Assembly: GCA_032161105.1 (NCBI GenBank)
Contig: JAVHTD010000008.1
Length of the DNA: 64,000 nucleotides
Reading direction: 5' to 3' (one strand)
DNA from: Candidatus Thermosaccharophagus tengchongensis
Lineage (GTDB): Bacteria > Armatimonadota > Fervidibacteria > Fervidibacterales > Thermosaccharophagaceae
Part shown: positions 39,805 to 49,952 of the stretch, piece after piece
Layout: each line of letters begins with the position of its first letter
Position numbering within the stretch: position 1 is the first letter of the stretch
Program-made: the position numbers and the translations under genes
The notes under the pieces: model-generated
The model's input: the letters and a program-made list of their open reading frames with translations, nothing else
Database searches by the model: none
What the model was told of the DNA's origin: nothing

Positions 39805-41568
39805 ATGGGGTCAAAGTTTAAGGTGCTAATCTGTCAGGGCACAAGCGGTCTATCGGGGGGAGCTCACATCGTTGCGGAGGCGCTCAGGAAGAAACTGCAC
39901 GAGAGCGGTCTTGCCGACAAATGCGAGATCAAAAGGGTTGGCGATAGGGGTTTGTTTAGGGATGTGCTCATTGACATCATCTCGCCCGACGGGAAAAGGT
40001 GGACATACGAGAGGGTGAGCGTTGAGGATGTGACCGAGATCGTTGAAAGCCACTTGGTCAAGGGTGAGCCGGTCAAGCGGTTGCTTGCTGGCGATGACTA
40101 CCGAAGGTTCTTTGAAGGGCAGCTGCGTTGGGTGCTCAGAAACTGCGGTGAGATTGATCCCGAGGACATCAACGACTACATTTCAGTTGGGGGTTATGAA
40201 GCGCTCAGGAAGGCGCTCACCGAGATGACGCCAGAGGATGTCATCAATGAGGTTGTGGAGTCCGGACTTCGCGGCAGGGGTGGCGCCGGCTTTCCGACCG
40301 GAATTAAGTGGCGAATATGCAGGGGGCATGAAGCCCCGGCCCGTTATGTCATATGCAATGCTGACGAGGGTGACCCGGGTGCATTCATGGACAGGAGCAT
40401 ACTTGAGGGTGACCCGCACTCTGTCATTGAGGGATTGATTATCGCCGGCTACGCCATTGGTGCGAGCAAGGGCTTCATCTACTGCCGTGCTGAGTATCCG
40501 CTCGCCATAAGGCGGTTGAAGGTGGCATTGCAGCAGGCAAGGGAGATGGGCTTCATCGGTGAGGACATACTTGGGAGCGGGTTTTCGTTTGACATCGCTC
40601 TCAAGGAAGGCGCAGGCGCATTCGTATGCGGTGAGGAGACAGCGCTCATCGCATCAATTGAGGGCAAGCGAGGCATGCCTCGCCCGCGCCCACCATTCCC
40701 AGCCGAAAAGGGCTTATGGGGCATGCCGACAATCATCAACAATGTTGAGACGCTGGCGAATGTGCCGAGGATAATCCTCAACGGCGCAAAGTGGTTTTCA
40801 TCGGTTGGAACCGACAGGAGCAAGGGGACGAAGGTATTTGCGCTTGCCGGGAAGGTGAAAAACACCGGCTTGGTTGAAGTCCCGATGGGCGTCACGCTTC
40901 GCCAACTCATATTCGGGCCGGGTGGCGGTATGGCTCGCAAAGGCTATGCATTCAAAGCCGTTCAAATCGGCGGTCCATCTGGCGGTTGCCTTCCGGAGGA
41001 GCTGCTTGACACGCCGATTGATTATGAGTCGCTTACACAGGTTGGCGCTATCATGGGCTCCGGTGGGCTGATCGTCCTTGACGAGGGCACATGCATGGTT
41101 GATGCAGCCAAGTTCTTTCTCAGCTTCACTTCCGCCGAATCGTGTGGCAAATGCATTCCATGCAGGGTTGGTTTGGTTAGGCTTTACGAAGTGCTTGATA
41201 GGATAACGAAAGGCGAAGGTAGGGAGGGCGACATTGAATTTCTTGAGCGCATGGGCAACGCCGTCAGGGAGACATCGCTTTGCGGCTTGGGCAAGACGGC
41301 TTTGAATCCGGTTTTGACAACCGTGCGCTACTTCAGGGATGAGTATGAGGCGCATATCAAGCATGGTCGTTGTCCAGCTGGCGTCTGCGTGCCATTGCTC
41401 CGCTTTGAAGTTGACGAGGGCAAGTGCGTCAAGTGCGGCAGGTGTGCGAGAGTCTGTCCGGTTGGTGCGATAGCATGGCAGCGTGGCAGCTTCCCCGTCA
41501 TAAACAAGGATGCGTGCATAAAGTGCCGTGCATGCATAATTGAGTGCCCTGAGCATGCTATAAACTGA
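39805..41568 (+). CDS. NuoF/HydB-like NADH-binding flavoprotein subunit, copy 1, with C-terminal 2x[4Fe-4S] domain
   Basis: GLRGRGGAGFPTG, NADEGDPGAFMDR, GAGAFVCGEET, GGPSGG, SCGKCIPCR, CVKCGRCARVCP/CIKCRACIIECP. Confidence 0.92.
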   Translation: MGSKFKVLICQGTSGLSGGAHIVAEALRKKLHESGLADKCEIKRVGDRGLFRDVLIDIISPDGKRWTYERVSVEDVTEIVESHLVKGEPVKRLLAGDDYRRFFEGQLRWVLRNCGEIDPEDINDYISVGGYEALRKALTEMTPEDVINEVVESGLRGRGGAGFPTGIKWRICRGHEAPARYVICNADEGDPGAFMDRSILEGDPHSVIEGLIIAGYAIGASKGFIYCRAEYPLAIRRLKVALQQAREMGFIGEDILGSGFSFDIALKEGAGAFVCGEETALIASIEGKRGMPRPRPPFPAEKGLWGMPTIINNVETLANVPRIILNGAKWFSSVGTDRSKGTKVFALAGKVKNTGLVEVPMGVTLRQLIFGPGGGMARKGYAFKAVQIGGPSGGCLPEELLDTPIDYESLTQVGAIMGSGGLIVLDEGTCMVDAAKFFLSFTSAESCGKCIPCRVGLVRLYEVLDRITKGEGREGDIEFLERMGNAVRETSLCGLGKTALNPVLTTVRYFRDEYEAHIKHGRCPAGVCVPLLRFEVDEGKCVKCGRCARVCPVGAIAWQRGSFPVINKDACIKCRACIIECPEHAIN

Positions 41569-41597
41569 AGCCGTGAAGTTGGCTATATGAGGGGTGA

Positions 41598-42089
41598 TTG
41601 CTGATGGGGTTGGTGGGTGGTGAATTGGAGCGCAGGTTGGAAGAGATTTTGGGCGCCTTCTGCGGCAAGCGCAGTGAGCTCATCCCGATACTTCAGCGCA
41701 TTCAAAATGAGTTCGGCTACTTGCCCGAAGATGCGCTCGTCAAGGTGTCAAGGTTCATCGGCGTCCCAGAAGCACATGTTTACGGTGTGGCTTCATTCTA
41801 CGAACAGCTTCGTCTCAGGCAGTTGGGAAAGAACATCATCACGATATGCAGGGGCACTTCATGCTATGTGTGCGGCTCATCAAAGCTGATTGACGAGGCT
41901 AAAAGTGTGCTCGGCATTGATGAGGGTGAGACGACGCCGGATTTGAAATGGACGCTTGAGACGGTGACATGCCTCGGGATGTGCGCGCATGCGCCGTGCG
42001 CAATTGTGAATGGGAAGGTATACGGCAAGATGACCCCGAAGAAGCTGGTGAGCATCATTAGGGCGGTGGAAGGTGGGAGGCGATCATGA
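41598..42089 (+). CDS. NuoE/HydC-like [2Fe-2S] subunit
   Basis: LIPILQ-GYLP, VASFY, CRGTSC, CLGMC. Confidence 0.93.
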   Translation: MLMGLVGGELERRLEEILGAFCGKRSELIPILQRIQNEFGYLPEDALVKVSRFIGVPEAHVYGVASFYEQLRLRQLGKNIITICRGTSCYVCGSSKLIDEAKSVLGIDEGETTPDLKWTLETVTCLGMCAHAPCAIVNGKVYGKMTPKKLVSIIRAVEGGRRS

Positions 42090-43771
42090 CGGTAGATGAG
42101 CTTGACGAATTGCGCCAAACGGCAATGCGCCAGTGGGATGAGCTGCATTCAAAGCCGCATGTGACGGTCGGTAATGCCACATGCGGGCAAGGTGTTGGAG
42201 CGCTTGAGACACTCAATGCCATTCACGATTTCCTCACCGAGCGCGGTGTTGAGTGCGATGTGGTTGAGGTTGGTTGTATTGGCATGTGCTATGCCGAACC
42301 GATAATGAGCGTTTCGCTTCCCGGCATGCCCGCAGTCTTTTACGGCGAAGCCACGCCGGAGAGGGCTTGCGAGATACTTGAGCTGCATTTGCTCTCCAAA
42401 AAGCCAGTTGCTGAATATGCGCTCGGCACAGTTGGTGAGGGCTCCATTGATGGCATACCGAATTTGTTTGAGACGCCGATGATGAAGAAGCAAGTCAGGC
42501 GCTTGCTCTCACGCTGTGGATTTGTAGAGCCGACGAATTTGATGCATTACCTTGCCACCGGTGGATTTGATGGGCTTAAGAGGGCGCTCAGCATGGAACC
42601 ATCGCAAATCATAGATGAGTTGCGGCGTGCCGGGCTTCGTGGCAGAGGTGGCGTTGGCTTTCCGACATGGCGCAAGTGGTTGACATGCATTCAAACACCT
42701 TCGGACGAGAAGTTCGTGGTATGCAATGCTCATGAGGGCGACCCGGGGATATTCGTGAACAGGGTATTGCTTGAGAGCGATCCATACAGCGTGCTTGAGG
42801 GGCTTTTGATCGCCGGCTACACAGTCGGAGCTTCAAATGGGTTCATTTATTGCGGCGCCGAATACCCGCTCGCATTTGAGAGGTTGACGGCGGCGATAAA
42901 GGCTCTTGAGGGGGTTGGGCTGCTTGGGGACGACATACTCGGAAGCGGCTTCAGCTTCAGAGTGTGGCTTGTTAAGGGCGCTGGCGCATATGTGTGTGGC
43001 GAGGAGACGGCGCTCATCGCTTCAATTGAGGGTGAGCGTGGCATGCCGCGTGCTCGCCCGCCATTCCCGGCTGCAAAGGGTCTTTGGGATAAGCCGACGG
43101 TCGTCAACAATGTTGAGACACTCGCATATGTCCCTCACATACTCCGTCACGGAGCCGAATGGTTTGCCGAGTATGGAACTGAGAGGAGCAAAGGCACAAA
43201 GGCATTCTCGCTCACCGGGAAGGTTGAGCGCCCCGGTGTGATTGAAGTCCCGCTCGGGATGACCTTGAGGGAGATAATCAGTGAGTTAGGCGGTGGCTCT
43301 TCAACCGAGAAGCGAATTAAAGCCGTTCAAATTGGCGGTCCAGGTGGAGGGTGCATACCGGAAAGCATGTTTGACTTGCCCGTGGATTACGAATCGCTTG
43401 CTCCGACTGGCGCAATGATGGGTGCCGGAGGGATAGTCGTCATGGATGAGGACACCTGCATGGTTGACATGGCTCGCCATCTCATTCAATTCTCGCAGTG
43501 TGAGTCTTGTGGCAAGTGCGTCCCATGCAGGCTTGGCACGAAACAGATGCTTGCCATACTTGAGGGCATAACAGAGGGCAATGGCAATGAGAGCGACATT
43601 GTGCTGCTTGAGGAGATTGCGGATGCCATGAAGGTTGGGTCGCTATGCGGTCTCGGGCAAGCTGCGCCAAACCCGGTGCTCACAACTATCCGTCACTTCA
43701 GAGATGAATATGAGGAACACATAAGGTTGCATCGCTGTCGCGCCGGCGTCTGCAAAGCTTTATCAAGTTAG
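42086..43771 (+). CDS. NuoF/HydB-like subunit, copy 2, lacking the C-terminal ferredoxin domain
   Basis: GNATCG, GCIGMCYAEP, GLRGRGGVGFPT, NAHEGDPGIFVNR, SCGKCVPCR; ends at CRAGVCKALSS. Confidence 0.9.
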   Translation: MTVDELDELRQTAMRQWDELHSKPHVTVGNATCGQGVGALETLNAIHDFLTERGVECDVVEVGCIGMCYAEPIMSVSLPGMPAVFYGEATPERACEILELHLLSKKPVAEYALGTVGEGSIDGIPNLFETPMMKKQVRRLLSRCGFVEPTNLMHYLATGGFDGLKRALSMEPSQIIDELRRAGLRGRGGVGFPTWRKWLTCIQTPSDEKFVVCNAHEGDPGIFVNRVLLESDPYSVLEGLLIAGYTVGASNGFIYCGAEYPLAFERLTAAIKALEGVGLLGDDILGSGFSFRVWLVKGAGAYVCGEETALIASIEGERGMPRARPPFPAAKGLWDKPTVVNNVETLAYVPHILRHGAEWFAEYGTERSKGTKAFSLTGKVERPGVIEVPLGMTLREIISELGGGSSTEKRIKAVQIGGPGGGCIPESMFDLPVDYESLAPTGAMMGAGGIVVMDEDTCMVDMARHLIQFSQCESCGKCVPCRLGTKQMLAILEGITEGNGNESDIVLLEEIADAMKVGSLCGLGQAAPNPVLTTIRHFRDEYEEHIRLHRCRAGVCKALSS

Positions 43772-43841
43772 CGCAGCTTGGCTGGATGAGAGGGTGTATC
43801 TCATCTACATCTGAGTTGAATGGTGAAGGAGGTAGCAGGAT

Positions 43842-46505
43842 ATGCCTGTGATTTACATCAACGGCTCTGAGATAAGAGCGAAGGAAGATGCGACAATACT
43901 GCGAACAGCGCTTGATGCCGGCATTTACATACCACACCTTTGCTATCACCCCGACTTGAAGCCAGCTGGAAATTGCAGGTTGTGCCTCGTGGAGGTGGAG
44001 GGGAGGGGAATTGTGGCATCGTGTCAAGCACAAGTTGAAGATGGCATGAAAGTTTGGACTGAGACACCGACGGTGCAAAAGGCGCGCCAAATCTCGCTTG
44101 AGTTGCTGCTCGCAAATCATCATGGCGACTGCCTCTCCTGTCCAAAGAACAACGAATGCAAGCTCCAAGAGGTCGCCTCATACATCGGCATCAGTGAAGA
44201 GAGGTTCAAACAGCTGCGCATGCTTGTGCCGCAGTTCCCGATTGACGAAAGCAACCCTTTCTTCATGCGAGACCCAAACAGGTGTGTGCTGTGCGGGATA
44301 TGCGTTAGGACATGCGACGAGATACAGGGCGTTGGCGCAATAAACTACGCCTTCAGGGGCTTCGCCACAACCATTTCCACATTTGGGAACAAACCCATCG
44401 TTGAATCAGCTTGCGAATCATGCGGTGAATGCGTCGTTAGGTGTCCGACCGGCGCACTCGTCCCGAAGGACTACCTCAAGCCGGCGAGGGAGGTTAAGAG
44501 CGTCTGCACATACTGTGCTGTCGGATGCTCAATCTATCTTGGCGTGCGCGGGAATGAAATTGTATCCGTCCGTGGTGACAGAGAAAGCCCAGTGAATGAA
44601 GGGCAGCTCTGTGTCAAGGGGCGATTCGGGTTCAGATTTGTCAACAGCCCGGATAGGTTGAAGAAGCCCTTGGTGAAGCGCAACGGTGAGTTCATTGAAG
44701 CCTCTTGGGATGAGGCGCTTGATTTGGTGGCGAGCAAATTCTCGCAATACAAGGGTGACTGCTTTGCTGCCATCAGCTCATCGCGTTGCACGAATGAGGA
44801 AAATTACCTCGTTCAAAAGTTTGCGAGGGCAGTCATGCAGACGAACAATGTTGATAACTGCGCAAGGCTATGCCATGCTCCGACTGCCGCCGGTCTTAGC
44901 ATTGCGTTTGGGACTGGTGCGGGCACATCGCCGATAAGCGACATAGATGGTGCCTCATGCATCTTCGTTATAGGTTCAAACACAACTGTAGCTCATCCAG
45001 TTGCCGGGACAAGGATTCGCAGGGCTGTCAGGAATGGTGCAACCCTGATTGTTGCAGACCCGAGGAAGATTGAGCTTTGCAACCGTGCGCACATTTGGCT
45101 TCAACATTATCCCGGAAGTGATGTGGCTCTCATCATGGGCATGGCGAGGGTCATCTATGAGCAAGGGCTGCACGATGAGGAATTCATTCGCGAGCGGTGC
45201 GAGAATTTTGAGGCGTTCGTTGAGTCGTTGAAGCAGTTTGAGCTCGGATTTGTGGAGGAGGTCACGGGAGTCCCGAGGGAGAAGATAATTCAAGCGGCAA
45301 CCCTCTACGCCACAAGGAAGCCATCTCTCATCATCTACTCACTCGGTATAACCGAGCATTCGCATGGGACTGAAAATGTGCTTGCGCTCGCAAACTTGGC
45401 TATGCTCACCGGCAATGTTGGAAAGCCATACGCCGGTGTGATGCCGATGCGTGGTCAGAACAATGTTCAAGGAGCATGCGATATGGGTTGCATGCCAGCA
45501 GCGCTGCCCGGCTATCAGCCGTTGACGGATGATAATGTGCGGGGGAAATTTGAGGATGCTTGGGGATGCAAGTTGAGCGACAAGCCCGGGTTGACGCTCG
45601 TTGAGATGTTACGGGGGGCATTAAGCGGCACGGTGAAGGCGTTTTACATTGTCGGCATGGATGTAGCATATAGCATGCCGAACGCAGCCATTGTTTGGGA
45701 AGCGCTTAGAAGAGCTGAGTTCGTCGTTGTGCAGGATATCTTCATGACTGGCACAGCCGAGTTTGCTCATGTCATCCTTCCGGGGGCGAGCTTCGCTGAG
45801 AAGGATGGCACATTCGTCAACCTTGAAAGGCGAGTTCAGCTCATCAGGAAGGCGATTGAGCCAGTTGGCGATGCCCGTCCCGACTGGTGGATAACATGCG
45901 AGATAGCAAAGCGCATGGGCGCAAGTGGATTTGATTATTCACACCCGTCAGAGGTGATGGACGAGATAGCGAAGTTGACGCCATCGTTTGCCGGGATATC
46001 GTTTGAGCGGCTTGAGAAGGGCGGAATACAGTGGCCGTGCACATCGTATGACCATCCGGGCACATTGAGATTGCATACCGAGACATTCAGCACGCCGACT
46101 GGCAAGGGGCGTTTCTCACCGCTGAAATACAGACCGCCGGCTGAATCGCCAGATGATGAATACCCGCTCATCCTGACCACGGGAAGAAGCCTTTACCACT
46201 TCCACCTTGCGATGACGAGGCGAGTCAAAGGCTTAGTGGCTCTTCACCCCGAGGAACGGATATGGCTAAACCCGCATGATGCACGCAAGTTGGGCATATC
46301 TGATGGCGACAGGGTTAAAGTCATCTCAAGGCGCGGCGAAGTTTTGACGAGGGCGAAGGTGACCGAGGAGGTGGCTCCGGGAACAGCGTTCATGACATTT
46401 CACTTTTATGAGACTCCCACGAATCTCCTTACGGGCGATGCATTATGCCCCATCGCGAAGACGCCAGAATTTAAAGTGACGGCAGTGAGGGTTGAAAAGG
46501 TCTGA
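43842..46505 (+). CDS. fdhF: Formate dehydrogenase alpha subunit (Mo/W-bisPGD, Cys type) with NuoG-like FeS N-terminus
   Basis: [2Fe-2S], HxxxCxxC and 2x[4Fe-4S] motifs; CTYCAVGC, CARLCH, RGQNNVQG, KTPEFK. Confidence 0.93.
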   Translation: MPVIYINGSEIRAKEDATILRTALDAGIYIPHLCYHPDLKPAGNCRLCLVEVEGRGIVASCQAQVEDGMKVWTETPTVQKARQISLELLLANHHGDCLSCPKNNECKLQEVASYIGISEERFKQLRMLVPQFPIDESNPFFMRDPNRCVLCGICVRTCDEIQGVGAINYAFRGFATTISTFGNKPIVESACESCGECVVRCPTGALVPKDYLKPAREVKSVCTYCAVGCSIYLGVRGNEIVSVRGDRESPVNEGQLCVKGRFGFRFVNSPDRLKKPLVKRNGEFIEASWDEALDLVASKFSQYKGDCFAAISSSRCTNEENYLVQKFARAVMQTNNVDNCARLCHAPTAAGLSIAFGTGAGTSPISDIDGASCIFVIGSNTTVAHPVAGTRIRRAVRNGATLIVADPRKIELCNRAHIWLQHYPGSDVALIMGMARVIYEQGLHDEEFIRERCENFEAFVESLKQFELGFVEEVTGVPREKIIQAATLYATRKPSLIIYSLGITEHSHGTENVLALANLAMLTGNVGKPYAGVMPMRGQNNVQGACDMGCMPAALPGYQPLTDDNVRGKFEDAWGCKLSDKPGLTLVEMLRGALSGTVKAFYIVGMDVAYSMPNAAIVWEALRRAEFVVVQDIFMTGTAEFAHVILPGASFAEKDGTFVNLERRVQLIRKAIEPVGDARPDWWITCEIAKRMGASGFDYSHPSEVMDEIAKLTPSFAGISFERLEKGGIQWPCTSYDHPGTLRLHTETFSTPTGKGRFSPLKYRPPAESPDDEYPLILTTGRSLYHFHLAMTRRVKGLVALHPEERIWLNPHDARKLGISDGDRVKVISRRGEVLTRAKVTEEVAPGTAFMTFHFYETPTNLLTGDALCPIAKTPEFKVTAVRVEKV

Positions 46506-46617
46506 AGAGTTGCCGCTGGTAAAGCCGGCGTGCAAGATTTAAGAGTAAGGCAGCCCGAGCTTTGTGCGCAGGGGATGACATTGTGCCGTTGTGGTTTACA
46601 TAAGGGGTGATACAAGC

Positions 46618-47517
46618 ATGCTTAGCGCTATCAAGGGGCGATGTTTCCCCATGTGGCTGTCATGCGTGATGCTCGCATGTGTGGCAGTTTGGTCTGCGTC
46701 CCCGCAGTCTGAGCAGGTCGGCAAGCAAAGCGGCATTGTGTTGCGTTACAAGAGCAGGGTGGGAGATTTGATGCGTTATAGGTCATGGTTTCGCATGCGC
46801 GCTATTGGGGTGAGCGATGGGGAGACTAAGTTGCGCACAACTTTTAGCTATGAGGCGATATACGCCCATGCGGTGAGTTCGGTCTCACCAGATGGGACAT
46901 TTGAGATGGAGACCACAAGGGAGTCTGGAAAAGTGCAGCGCGATGGTCGTGAGGAAGATTTGAGCGGGAAGCCATACAAGCGCATTGTGAGAATGAATGA
47001 CAGGGGCAAAGTGCTTGAGGAAAGGGTTGTTGAGGGCGAGGAGCGCGAGGACGAAAGTAAATTTGCCGACCCAATAGTGCTGATGGATGAAGTCCACTCA
47101 AGGGCTGTCCAGAACATAGCTTTTCCTGAGGGCGCTGTGAACAAAGGGACGGAGTGGACGACAGCATTAACGGAGCGCATTGCTAACTCGGTTGTGAACA
47201 TAACCATCAAGTCAAAGGTGGTTGACTTCGTTGAGCTTGATGGGCACAAGTGCGCTGTCATTGAATCGGAAATAAGCGCCCCTGTGGACATGTCGGTGAG
47301 GGTTGGCGAGTTTGACATAAAGCTTGATGGCGAGTTTAAGGCGTGGACAACGCTCCACTTTGATTACGAGAGGGGTATTGAAGTGCTTTCAGAGGACCAA
47401 ATTCGCGCTGTCATCAACCAAACAGCGCGAGCACAAGGCGGGAGCGTGAACTTACAATTCAAAGTGGCGGCAAATGCAAAATCAGTGCTGCTCAGTTATA
47501 GGGCAGCCGGCAAGTAA
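46618..47517 (+). CDS. Hypothetical exported beta-rich protein
   Basis: Signal peptide, LRYK start and FPEGAVNKGTEW motif; AAGGGGTGA RBS. Confidence 0.65.
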   Translation: MLSAIKGRCFPMWLSCVMLACVAVWSASPQSEQVGKQSGIVLRYKSRVGDLMRYRSWFRMRAIGVSDGETKLRTTFSYEAIYAHAVSSVSPDGTFEMETTRESGKVQRDGREEDLSGKPYKRIVRMNDRGKVLEERVVEGEEREDESKFADPIVLMDEVHSRAVQNIAFPEGAVNKGTEWTTALTERIANSVVNITIKSKVVDFVELDGHKCAVIESEISAPVDMSVRVGEFDIKLDGEFKAWTTLHFDYERGIEVLSEDQIRAVINQTARAQGGSVNLQFKVAANAKSVLLSYRAAGK

Positions 47518-47589
47518 GCTTTTTGAAAACCATCATTTGGCTTCCGGGAAAACTATTCGGGCACATCTTGAAAAGGAGGTTGCAAACTA

Positions 47590-48372
47590 ATGGGTGAACT
47601 CAGGGTGGGCACATCTGGCTACCAGTATGACGATTGGGTCGGATACTTCTATCCACAGGGTTTGCCGAAGCGTGAGTGGCTCAACTTCTACGCACGCCAC
47701 TTCAACACGGTTGAAGTGAATAGCTCGTTTTACACGATGCTCCCACCATCAACGACGGCTCGGCTGGCGAAAAAAGTTCCCGATGGATTTGACTTTGTCA
47801 TAAAGGCTCACAGGTCTTTCACGCATGACAGGAATGCCGATGAAGCTATGGTGCAAGATTTTCATGAAATGCTCAAGCCGTTAGCTGAGTCGGGCAAGCT
47901 TGGATGTGTGTTGCTCCAATTCCCGTGGGAGTTCAGATACGACCAATCCAATCGCGATTACCTGATAAGCGTTTGTCACGCCCTCGCCGATTACCCATTG
48001 GTGGTTGAGTTCCGCAATATTGGCTGGATAAGGGATGAGGTGTTTGACTTCCTGCGGGATTGGAACATAGGCTTCTGCTGCGTTGATGAGCCGAGGCTTA
48101 AGGGCTTGATACCGCCTATAGCTGTGGCTACTTCCGATGTCGCCTATGTGCGCTTCCACGGGCGAAACAAGGAGAAGTGGTGGCAGCACGAGCAGCCTTG
48201 GGAGAGGTATGACTACCTTTACACCGAGGATGAGCTGAGTGAGTGGGTTCCGAAGATACAAAGCCTATTGAGCAACTCCGAGCGATGCTATGTCTTTTTC
48301 AACAACCATTACCAGGGCAAGGCAGCCGTAAACGCACAGATGCTCCTCAAGTTGATGGGCAACAGCGGGTGA
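47590..48372 (+). CDS. DUF72 (YecE/YunF) family protein
   Basis: VGTSGY, FNTVEVNSSFY, LLQFP, VEFRN, YVRFHGRN, YDYLY, FFNNH. Confidence 0.93.
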   Translation: MGELRVGTSGYQYDDWVGYFYPQGLPKREWLNFYARHFNTVEVNSSFYTMLPPSTTARLAKKVPDGFDFVIKAHRSFTHDRNADEAMVQDFHEMLKPLAESGKLGCVLLQFPWEFRYDQSNRDYLISVCHALADYPLVVEFRNIGWIRDEVFDFLRDWNIGFCCVDEPRLKGLIPPIAVATSDVAYVRFHGRNKEKWWQHEQPWERYDYLYTEDELSEWVPKIQSLLSNSERCYVFFNNHYQGKAAVNAQMLLKLMGNSG

Positions 48373-48376
48373 TGGG

Positions 48377-49027
48377 ATGAGTGTGAGTGAGTTGTTAAGC
48401 CGCTTGCAAGTCACTCTCCAACAAATACGCTCGCAGTTGGATGAGATTGATCAGCTGCGTGAGAAGTGTTTTGAGTTGTCTCGCAAGCTGGTAAGACAAT
48501 GCAGCACCGCGATAAAGCATGTCCATCGTGGTGAGCGTTCTGAGGCGGAAGTTGCATTGCGGGAAGCCGGCGCTATGGCGAGTGAGCTCTCCGAAATTGC
48601 GTCAGTGCATCCAGAAGTGTCCTCATGGGGCTTTGTGCAGGATGCGCAGCGTGAGTTTGCTGAGGCAGCGTTATTCTTTGCCATAGCCTTGGGGGATGTG
48701 CTGCCCGCGCTGGATGATTTGAAAGTCACCGGCGTGGCATACATTAACGGGCTCGCCGAAGCAATGGGCGAGTTGCGCAGGCTCATTTTGAGCAAGCTTG
48801 GTGATGGCGATGTTGAATCGGCAAGGGAATTGGTGAGCATTATGGAGAGTGTTTACTACGAGCTGCTCCCGTTTGACCATCCGGATGCCATCACGCTCGG
48901 CTTGAGAAGGCGTGTTGATCAGCTGCGCCACTCGCTTGAAAGGACGAAGGAAGACCTAACACTCACATTGCAATGCGCCGCACTTTTGCAATCGCTCAAG
49001 CGCACCGCATCCGGTGGCGCTCACTAA
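48377..49027 (+). CDS. Translin/Trax family protein
   Basis: All-helical; REKCFELSR...AIKHVHRG, QREFAEA, YINGLAEAMGELRR, LRRRVD. Confidence 0.82.
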   Translation: MSVSELLSRLQVTLQQIRSQLDEIDQLREKCFELSRKLVRQCSTAIKHVHRGERSEAEVALREAGAMASELSEIASVHPEVSSWGFVQDAQREFAEAALFFAIALGDVLPALDDLKVTGVAYINGLAEAMGELRRLILSKLGDGDVESARELVSIMESVYYELLPFDHPDAITLGLRRRVDQLRHSLERTKEDLTLTLQCAALLQSLKRTASGGAH

Positions 49028-49062
49028 CATGGCTTCAATTTGTCAGCTCATGCGAGCTGCCC

Positions 49063-49920
49063 CTATAGCGTTATACGCATGCCGTCGTAAGCCACCAGCA
49101 CTCCCTTCCTTCCGAGCTCCGCAGCAATGATGTGGTGTGGCGGTGTCCAGTGGGGCGAAATGTGAGTCAGGATGAACGGGGCATTGTCTTTGAGCATGCC
49201 CTCTGCAAGCATCCTTCGGCGCAACACCAGCGCAGCTTGAATGTTCATGTGCTCCTTAGTCGGCGCATCCACTCCGTATGTGGCATCAACTATTGCAGCA
49301 TCAAACTGGAACTGGCGCATGTATGACAGCGTTTCCTCGCCCGGAAAACCTGTATCAACCGCATACAGCAGCCACTTGCCAAATCTGCAGATGGCGAATA
49401 TGAGTGCATCTTCACTCCCGATACAATGGGCAGCTGGCATCGGATGCACAACTGTAACCTCATCAATTTGGTGTGGCTCAAATGGCTTCAACTTGATGAG
49501 CCTCACCTTTAAGTCGTGCTTTTGTTGTTCGGCGAGCCATTGCCGGACAAGCATTAATGGGCGTTCATTGCCGCATATCGTGAGTTCGGTGAGCGCCGTG
49601 ACCGGCTTCTTCGGTTTATAAGTTCGGTGCGCTGCCCATATGTTTGCGCGCCTTGAGTAGAGCAGTGTAGGGGATAGGTGGTCCGGGTGTGAGTGCGTGA
49701 TGAGCAATGTCTTGAGGTTCGTCAAGTTGATGCCGTGACGCATCGCCGACGAAATCACATCGGGTGGGCAGTCAATGAGCAAGTCGTCACAGATGAGCGC
49801 ACATGAAAATGAGCGCAGGTCGTTGCCGCCGTGGGCGCGTGCGGCATCGCAATTTTCGCAATTGCAAAATGGAGCCGGGTAAAGGTCCGCTGAGGCGGTC
49901 CCGAGGAGTGTAACGACCAT
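49063..49920 (-). CDS. Metallo-beta-lactamase-fold hydrolase (PhnP-like)
   Basis: LLGT, PFCNCENC, THSHPDH, DTG, HM, THISPH. Confidence 0.85.
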   Translation of the reverse strand: MVVTLLGTASADLYPAPFCNCENCDAARAHGGNDLRSFSCALICDDLLIDCPPDVISSAMRHGINLTNLKTLLITHSHPDHLSPTLLYSRRANIWAAHRTYKPKKPVTALTELTICGNERPLMLVRQWLAEQQKHDLKVRLIKLKPFEPHQIDEVTVVHPMPAAHCIGSEDALIFAICRFGKWLLYAVDTGFPGEETLSYMRQFQFDAAIVDATYGVDAPTKEHMNIQAALVLRRRMLAEGMLKDNAPFILTHISPHWTPPHHIIAAELGRKGVLVAYDGMRITL

Positions 49921-49952
49921 CGTTTGGCAATCCATCCTTAGCACCGTCCCAT

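Noticed and set aside
44859..44880. Selenocysteine in formate dehydrogenase
   Set aside because: The active-site codon is TGC (CARLCH) and there is no in-frame TGA.
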